A DNA stretch of 64,000 bases from the human T2T-CHM13v2.0 reference genome, Homo sapiens, in contig CP068257.2 of the NCBI GenBank assembly GCA_009914755.4, positions 27,712,001 to 27,776,000 on the forward strand, read 5' to 3'. Made by a program: the position numbers and the translations under genes. Below, piece after piece: positions 56,890 through 64,000 of this stretch (its first letter is position 1; each line of letters begins with the position of its first letter). The notes under the pieces were generated by a model. The model was not told where the DNA came from. It saw nothing but the letters and a program-made list of their open reading frames with translations, and made no database searches.

Positions 56890-57700
56890 ACATAAAACAT
56901 TTTTGTTCATCAAAAGGTATTATAATAAGAAAGAAAAATATTTGCAGCATGTATAATCAATAGAAGATTAATATCCAGTTTATATAAGAAATTCTCTACA
57001 TCAATAAGAAAAGCACAACAAACAACATTATCAAAAAATGGTCCCCCCCAAAAAAAAGAACATGGAATCTCACAGAAATAATAAATTACAAATACTGATT
57101 TGAAGAGATTATTAACTCCACTAGTAATGTGGATAATGGTAAAAGAAATCACTGTGAGGTATAATTTGACACTCATCATACTGGCAGAAAATTTAAAGTC
57201 TGACAATACCAAATGGTTACAAGGATATAAGGCAATAACAATTCCTATGCACAGCAAGGGGGAATTTAGATTTGTGTAGCCACTTTGGAGATCAATTTTG
57301 CAATATTTAGTAAAGTTGGAAATTAATTTCCTCTGTGACTCAGCAGCTTTTACTCTAGAAATATACCCTAGGACATCTTGCCCATATTCCCAGGGAGACA
57401 GAGCCAAATGGTTTATTGTAGCAAACACTTAGAAACAGCTTCAGTAGCCATCAACAGAAATGTGGATTAACTCATGGTGGAGTGTTCATATGATAGATAC
57501 TATGTAATACTGAAAATTAATGAACTAGAGCCAAATACATTCATGAAAGAACCTCATAAACATAATGTTGCTTGAAAAAGCAAATTGAATAAAAATATAT
57601 AAAAATTTAAAACATACAAATAAGACTAAAAGTTAAAAAATAAAAGAAGAACATATAAAGGTAAAAAATATACAATACAAATACATGCACCTACTATGTA
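56890..57700 (+). mobile_element. Old L1 (L1M-type) 3' end fragment with A-rich tail
   Basis: ...ATCAAAAAATGGTCC...GAACATGGAATCTCACAGAAATAATAAATTACAAATACTGATTTGAAGAGATTATTAACTCCACTAGTAATGTGGATAATGGTAAAAGAAATCACTGTGAGGTATAATTTGACACTCATCATACTGGCAGAAAATTTAAAGTCTGACAATACCAAATGGTTACAAGGATATAAGGCAATAACAATTCCTATGCACAGCAAGGGGGAATTTAGATTTGTGTAGCCACTTTGGAGATCAATTTTGCAATATTTAGTAAAGTTGGAAATTAATTTCCTCTGTGACTCAGCAGCTTTTACTCTAGAAATATACCCTAGG... follows the L1 ORF2 C-terminal/3'UTR consensus pattern (...GCAAATCAAAACCACAATGAGATACCACTTCACACCCACTAGGATGGCTATAATCAAAAAG...). An A-rich terminus abuts the THE1 LTR at 57706. The 172-aa minus-strand ORF at 56910-57428 is antisense to this L1 and not a gene. Confidence 0.6.
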
Positions 57701-57705
57701 CCCAC

Positions 57706-58080
57706 TGATATGGTTTGGCTGTGTCCCCACCTAAATCTCATCTTGAATTGTAGTTCCTGTAATCCCCATGTGTCATGGGAGGGACCTGGTGGGAAGTAAT
57801 CAAATCATGGGGGTGGTTAGCCCCATGCTGTTGTCCTCATGATAGTGAGTTCTCATGAGATCTGATGGTTTTATAAGGGGCTTTTCCCCCTTTTGCTTGG
57901 TGCTTCTCCTTGCTGCCACCATGTGAAGAAGGACGTGTTTGCTTCCCCTTCTGCCGTGATTGTAAGTTTCCTGAGGCATGCCCAGACATGCTGAACTGTG
58001 AGTCAATTAAACCTCTTTCCTTTATAAATTACCCAGTCTCAGGTATGTCTTTATTAGCAGCATGAGAAGGGACTAATACA
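57706..58080 (+). mobile_element. THE1-family MaLR solo LTR, near-consensus
   Basis: TGATATGGTTTGGCTGTGTCCCCACCTAAATCTCATCTTGAATTGTAGTTCCTGTAATCCCCATGTGTCATGGGAGGGACCTGGTGGGAAGTAATCAAATCATGGGGGTGG...ACTGTGAGTCAATTAAACCTCTTTCCTTTATAAATTACCCAGTCTCAGGTATGTCTTTATTAGCAGCATGAGAAGGGACTAATACA. Confidence 0.9.
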
Positions 58081-59518
58081 GTAAATTGGTACCAGGTAGT
58101 GGGATGCTGCTGTAAAGTGCCTGAAAATGTGGAAGTAACCTTGGAATTGGGTAACAGGCAGAGGTTGTGAAACAGGAGAGTTCCCTGACCTCCTTCACAG
58201 GACATGTGACAAGGGTGTGGCTCTCTGTTCAGCCACTGTGAGGGAGGGGGAGCACACAGAGGGGCAGAGGCAGGAACTAGGGTGAGCACTTTTGGGCTCT
58301 AGCCCCGTGGCAGTGTCTAGGGGTGGTTGTCTGTGACTCCCAAAGACCAGTGGACACATGTTACAGTGTACTCTTTTAGCCTTGCTCTCCACCGATAGCT
58401 TAAGTGTTAACCAGCTCAGTGGACTCTATGCCTTTTTGCAAGGGCAGAGGGCCAGTGTGATAGCCTTCTGGATCCTGAGCTCTTGTCTAGCATCCTGGAA
58501 GAATTGGGTCACACACAGACTTGAAGGATGAATGTGGGGGTTTTATTGAGTGGTAGAGGTGGCTCTCAGTGGGATGTATGGGGAGCTGGACAGGGGATAG
58601 AGTAGGAAGATGATGTTCCCCTGGATTATGGCTGTCCAGTTGCCAATCTCCTCTCTGACCATACCCAGCTGAACTCCTTTTGATGTTCAGATATTCCTTC
58701 TCTTCTCTCCTTCTCTGCTGTGCTATTCTGCCACTCTTCTGCTCCTCTGTTCATCTGGTTATGGAGTCTGGGGTTTGGGATTTATATGGGTACAGAATAT
58801 GGGGATGTGGTGAGCCAAAAGGCAACTTTTTGAGCATGAAAACAGAAATACCTGTTCTCAGGGCTGTGGGTATCAAGGCTTGAGGGTGGGAACTGCTCTT
58901 TTCTATCCAGTAGTTTCCTGTCTCCTGTCCCTGTCATTTGGAACAGTTTGGAGGTCTCAGAAGAAGATAGGAAAATGTGGGAAAGTTTGGAACTTCCTAG
59001 AGATTTGTTGAATGGCTTTGACCAAAATGCTGATGGTGATATGGATAATAAAGTCAAGGCTGAGATGGTCTCAGGTGGAGATGAGGAACTTGTTGGGAAC
59101 TGGAGTAAAGGTCACACTTGCTGTGCAAAGAGACTGGTGGCATTTTCCCCCTGTCCTAGAGATCTGTGGAACTTTGAATTTGAGAGAGATGGTTTAGGGT
59201 ATCTGGCAGAAGAAATTTCTAAGTGGCAAAGTGTTTAAGGGTAAGCAGAGCATAAAAGTTTAGAAAATTTGTAGCCTGACAATGTGATAGAAAATAAAAC
59301 CTCATTTTCTGGGGAGAAATTCAAGATGGCTACAGAAATTTGCGTAAGTAACAAGAAGCCAAATGTTAATCACCAGCACAATGGGGAAAATGTCTCCAGG
59401 GCATGTCAGAGACCTTTATGGCAGACCCTCCCATCACGGTCCCAGAGGCCTAGGAGGGAAAAATGGTTTCCTGGGCCCTGTCCAGGGCTCCACTGCTCTA
59501 TACAGCCAGCCTGCCTGC

Positions 59519-59710
59519 TTTCCTTCCTTCTTTCTTTTTCTTTCTTTTCTTTTCTTTTCTTTTTTTCTTCTTTTCTTTTCCTTTCTTTCTTTCTTTCTTT
59601 TTCTTTTTCCTTCCTTCCTTCCTTCCTTCCTTCCTTCCTTCCTTCCTTTCTTTCTTTCTCTCTCTCTCTTCTTTCTTTCTCCCTCTCCCTTTCTCTTTCT
59701 TTCCTTTTCT
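59519..59710 (+). repeat. ~190-bp polypyrimidine compound microsatellite, (TTCC)n/(TTTC)n/(CT)n on the + strand
   Basis: TTTCCTTCCTTCTTTCTTTTTCTTTCTTTTCTTTTC...(CCTTCCTT)n...CTCTCTCTCTTCTTTCTTTCTCCCTCTCCC, essentially purine-free on the + strand. It lies immediately 5' of the reverse Alu's poly-T. Confidence 0.9.
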
Positions 59711-59993
59711 TTTTTGAGACAGGGTCTTGCTCTGTTGCCCAGGCACAATCACAGTGGCACAATCACAGCTCACTGATCCTTGACCTCCTTGGCCCAAGCA
59801 ATACGCCTCTTTCAGCCTCCTGAGTATCTGGGACCACTGGTGGGAGCCACCATGCCTGGCTTTCAAAAATTTTTTGTAGAGATGGGGTCTCCCTATGTTG
59901 GCCAGGCTGGTCTCAAATTCCTGAAATCAAGCAATCTTCCTGCCTCAGCCTCCCAAAGTGCTAGAATTCAGGTGTGAGCCACCACTCCTGGCC
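59711..59993 (-). mobile_element. Alu SINE (older AluJ-like), reverse orientation
   Basis: TTTTTTGAGACAGGGTCTTGCTCTGTTGCCCAGGCACAATCACAGTGGCACAATCACAGCTCACTGATCCTTGACCTCCTTGGCCCAAGCAATACGCC...TCCCAAAGTGCTAGAATTCAGGTGTGAGCCACCACTCCTGGCC. Confidence 0.9.
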
Positions 59994-61136
59994 CTGGGGA
60001 TTACGTTTCAACATGACATTTGGAGGAGACAGACATCCAAACCATATCACTAGTTGATAGGTACATAGGTACTTATATTATTCTTCATTTCCTTTTCTAT
60101 GTCTCAAATATTGCAAAATAAATTTTTATAAAGAAAAGAGATTGGGAGCCACTCGGGTGGAGAAAGTGAATCATTTGAATGTCAAATATGGGGACTATAG
60201 GTCAGAAGGGGCTGGAAGTGCCATAGTGTTTGTTCCTTCTGACTTCACTTCTCTTTTCCTATTCCAGAATAATGTTGGGAAAGAAAAAGTGTTATAAGAA
60301 TCTCTTCCTTTTCTTCTGAGATCCAGGATCCTTACAGTTCTCTCCTACAGTTTGCTCTCCTTCTTGGTTTGGATAGGCTACTGTTAGGGCAGTCAAGTTC
60401 AGAGTGAGTACTTGTTTTTGTAAAGTCACTGTGGTTTCTTATCTTTTGTGTTTTCCAAGCTGTTTCTGATTTAATATTTTCTAGTGCTCCTTTTATGCAC
60501 ATGTTTAGTGTACAAATTCTCTCAGAAATAAAGTGTGACTGATATACAGCTAATATTCCTCCTCCACACAAACAAAAGGTCTTCTAGACAAGCAACAAAT
60601 AAGAATCAATGTGCTTGGTGTCCAGAATGGCTTACAGCATATCTCTCTCTTTGGTCAGCTGAAAAGGGAGGTGGTTTTAACTCAAGTTAATAAACAGTCC
60701 TGCTATTCCTTATGCTCTAACATACACCTATGTCAACAGAAAATATGTTGGTTTTGTATGTTTTCACTTAATACTTTGCTGCAGTGAGTTTTGCCTAAAT
60801 GTCTTATTATGGTGGCTAGAGTTCTGAGTATAGAATATTACTCTTTTTGTGTTATTTCAATGATACTGTCCTCTTACCAGTATTGTAGGACCAACAGGTT
60901 TGTATGTCCACTGTGCAGTAACATACCAATTACACGAAGACAACAGTGTTTGCAGCAGAGAAAGAGTCTAATGATTGCAGGGCACTAAGTAAGGTGATGG
61001 GAGGAGACCCTCATATCCATCTCCCCGAGGAGTCCTGGGTGGGGGCTTTTAAGGGGATCATGAAGTATGAAGGGCTGGAATATTGGGGCCATTAATTGGT
61101 CAGTGTATGAGATATGAAACCATCAAGATGTAGAAA

Positions 61137-61170
61137 CTCAGAATCACATAGGCCTCAGAATCACATAGGC
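61137..61170. repeat. Perfect 2 x 17-bp tandem duplication
   Basis: CTCAGAATCACATAGGC CTCAGAATCACATAGGC. Confidence 0.7.
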
Positions 61171-62605
61171 TTCTTCAGGGAGTCAGCATCTTGTGGGGCC
61201 CTTCAGACCAGCTGACATCAGTAGTTTCATTGATATACAGGACCTGAAAGAATATCTCAGATGGAAAACTCAACATCTTATAATGTTCATGTTGTTATCT
61301 ATAGAGCAGGTAAGGGGAACTATAATCTTGTAATGGGTTGTAACCACCCAATGGGTTTACCTTGCCCACTGCCTAGACAGAGCCAATTTATTCAGAGGAA
61401 TTGCAAGGAAGAAAGAGTAATTCATGCAGAGCTGGCTGTACAGGAGAGCAGAGTTTTATTATTACTCAAATCAGTCTCCCTGAGCATTTGGGGATTGGAG
61501 ATTTTAAAGATAATTTGATGGGTAGGGGCTTGGGAAGTGGCGAATGAGGATTGGTCAGGTTGGAGATGGAATCATAGGGGGTCGAAGTGAAGTTTTTTTG
61601 CTGCCTTTGTTCCTGGGTGGGATGGCAGAACTGGTTGAGCCAGATTACTGGTCTGGGTGGTGTTACCTGATCCATCCACTGCAGGGTCTGCAAAATATCT
61701 CAAGCATTGATCTTAGGTTTTACAATAGTGATGCTGTCCCTAGGAGCAATGTGGGGAGGTTCAGACTCTTGGAGCCAGAGGCTCCATGACCCCTCAACCT
61801 TAATTTCTAATCTTGTAGCTAATTTGTTAGTCCTGCCAAGGCAGACTGGTCTCCAGGCAAGAAAGGGATCTTTTTGTAAAAGGGCTGTTATCAATTTTGT
61901 TTCAGAGTCCAACCATGAACTGAATTCCTTCCCAAAGTTAGTTTGGCCTATGCCCAGGAATGAACAAGGACAGCTAAATGGTTAGAAGCAAGATGGAGTC
62001 GGTTAGGTCTCATCTCTTTCCCTGTTACAATTTCCTCAGTTGTAAGTTTTGCAAAGGCAGTTTCAGGGTCTATGTGATTCTGAGGCAGTCATCACCAAAC
62101 AACCAGGAGGAAGCAGGTCAGAGAGCAGCTGGCCTAGTGATGCACGCTGAGCCTGCTGCGAGCCTGGTTTAGTTTCCTTGCTCTTCCTCCGTTCTTCCCT
62201 GATTAATTTTATAAAGTATATAGGGATGATTTTTACCAGCATCCTGTGTATCAGACTCATTAATTCATGAAGAAGGACCAAGGTGGGGGTTTGGGGGGAA
62301 GGCAAAGGAGCCTATCACTCTTTTGTTTATGATAAAACCTAGAAAACTCGTGCAAAAACTGAAAGTTTGCCTTCTCATCCCTGAAAATCTCTTTTTTATA
62401 GAAATCATTATTTTAGTTATAGTGACAGAGTAATGCTTTCTCAGGAATTTAGTATTTTTCATTGTTGTAGATTTTTTGGGTTGTTTTTGTCAGTTGTCGG
62501 TTATTGAAATCTGATCCCTCTGTTGAAATTGAATTTGGAAGCTGAAGAATGGAAAGATTTTTAATAATATTCTTAAAAATAAAAAGCTTTTTAAAGTGGC
62601 AATAA

Positions 62606-62912
62606 GGCTGGGTGCAGTGGCTCACACCTGCAATCCCAGCATTTTGGGAGACCAAGGTGGGCTGATCACTTGAGGTCAGGAGTTCAAGACCAGTGTGGCC
62701 AACATGGTGAAACTACATCTCTAGTAAAAATACAAAACTTAGCTGGGCATGGTGGTACATACTTGTAATCCCAGATACTCCAGAGGCTGAGGTAGGAGAA
62801 TTGCTCAGACCCTGGGAGGCAGAGGTTGCAGTGAGCCGAGATAATGCCATTGCGCTCCAGCCTGGGTGACAGAGTGAGACTGTCTCAAAAAAAAAAAAAA
62901 AAAAAAAAAAAA
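62606..62912 (+). mobile_element. Full-length Alu SINE with 25-nt poly-A tail
   Basis: GGCTGGGTGCAGTGGCTCACACCTGCAATCCCAGCATTTTGGGAGACCAAGGTGGGCTGATCACTTGAGGTCAGGAGTTCAAGACCAGTGTGGCCAACATGGTGAAACTACATCTC...GAGACTGTCTC(A)25. Confidence 0.95.
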
Positions 62913-64000
62913 GAGTGGGAATAGTAGTGAAGTATTACCTGGATATGCTAGGATTTCGATCAAGGGAAAAGGTTTCCCCCAGGGACAGTTCTCTATAAAG
63001 GTCTTGCTTAGGATGTGGTGTGGGTCGGGGGAGTTGGCCCTGGAGTCCTATTTACTGTGCATTAAAAAAATACATCAGGCACAATTCAAAGCCTTTGTCT
63101 GGTCATCAAAATCCTGTGATGCTGGAATGATGCATTTTATCACCTTGTTCTCAATCTTCTAACAGAATCCAAACACTTGACCAGCTATATGATGAATTTC
63201 TTCAGTAAACAATTTGCACCTTGCAGTCATCTGAAACAGAAGAATTTTTCTACATAATTATTTACTCCTTAAAATCATATTTATTTTCCTGAATCACTTG
63301 CATTTGCTTACTTAGCCAAGAAATGGTGAAAAAGTCCTAGTTAGATTCTAAAATGCAGTCTGTACAAATAGATATGTCGTTCTTGTTCATGCTGTATATT
63401 AATATGTAAAACAATGCCTTCCACATAATAGATGCCATTAACCACCAAAAGAAAAAAATGAATGAATGAATGTGTTCTTCATATTTATTCTCCTACAATT
63501 TCGGGATGCTGTTTTTTCTATTAATGTAACTCCAGCTAGTGGGAGATATGAAGAGCCTAGGAAATAGAAAAGAAGGAAACAGCTGGAACTCACAGGCAGG
63601 TCAGGGGACTCTAATCATCTTTCATTTTATACACACAAGATTAAAGAGTCCCTCTGAGTTTTGATTAAGGATGCACAGTTATAAGATTAAATACCAGTGA
63701 GCCAAATTAGAAAAGCTTTAACTCCAGTCTCAGGATTCATCAAAACTCTTCCTGCTACCCCCTCCCTCACATTAAGCCATCTTTACAACATGGGATTAGA
63801 GCAAACTATTTAAGACTTCATGTCCCCAGGCTCTTTGTCACCTTTGCTGTACAGCTGTCCTCATTCTGATCACAAACAATTCTCTCATCAAGAATCAAAG
63901 CTCATTTCCCCTTGAAATTTCTGTTTATATCCATGACTGAATTCATTCCAGCACCTCTACACGTATTTATTTATTTTGGCGACCTGCAGGGTCCTATATC

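Noticed and set aside
56910-57428. 172-aa minus-strand ORF
   Set aside because: It lies antisense within an old L1 3' fragment (56890-57700) and is AT-rich, I/L/F/N-rich sequence. It is not a gene.
59284-59866. Cluster of the longest ORFs in the track (179, 137, 122, 118, 104 aa) on both strands
   Set aside because: All lie over the ~190-bp polypyrimidine microsatellite and adjacent Alu. The ORFs exist only because TTCC/TTTC/CT repeats (and their GA-rich complement) contain no stop codons, and the peptides are pure F/L/S or K/E/R low complexity.

Overview
This window is primate (almost certainly human) nuclear genomic DNA, not prokaryotic. The six-frame ORF track is therefore mostly uninformative. 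I see no gene-dense prokaryotic structure, no CRISPR array, no rRNA or tRNA, no operon-like ORF arrangement, and no exon I could defend by eye.

What the sequence does show is a GC-poor, CpG-depleted intronic or intergenic stretch packed with transposable elements:
- About 20 Alu SINEs in both orientations, many with intact target-site duplications. One has a 39-nt poly-T tail, and two carry internal deletions.
- At least five THE1/MST-type MaLR LTRs, one of them nested inside another LTR-class repeat, plus other LTR-like repeats.
- An HERV9 LTR (LTR12) U3 fragment carrying a tandem array of inverted CCAAT boxes. It lies directly beside an oppositely oriented, deleted class-I ERV internal region. 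That region still has a recognisable env TM, including the immunosuppressive-domain motif, and pol RT/RNase H remnants.
- A 3' L1 fragment in minus orientation that hosts a 5'-truncated SVA, itself flanked by a perfect 15-bp target-site duplication. Older L1M fragments also occur.
- Numerous microsatellites: (AAAG)n, (GGAA)n, (GT)n, (TTTTG)n, (TTTA)n and a ~190-bp polypyrimidine tract.

Most ORFs in the supplied track are artefacts. Typical causes are Alu-derived peptides ([13 protein letters not shown]..., [18 protein letters not shown]...), absence of stop codons in low-complexity tracts, and ERV or L1 relics. I found no evidence for the hinted novel system. The findings below are repeat biology and rearrangements that may merit a second look. 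All family assignments are from memory of consensus sequences, without database search.
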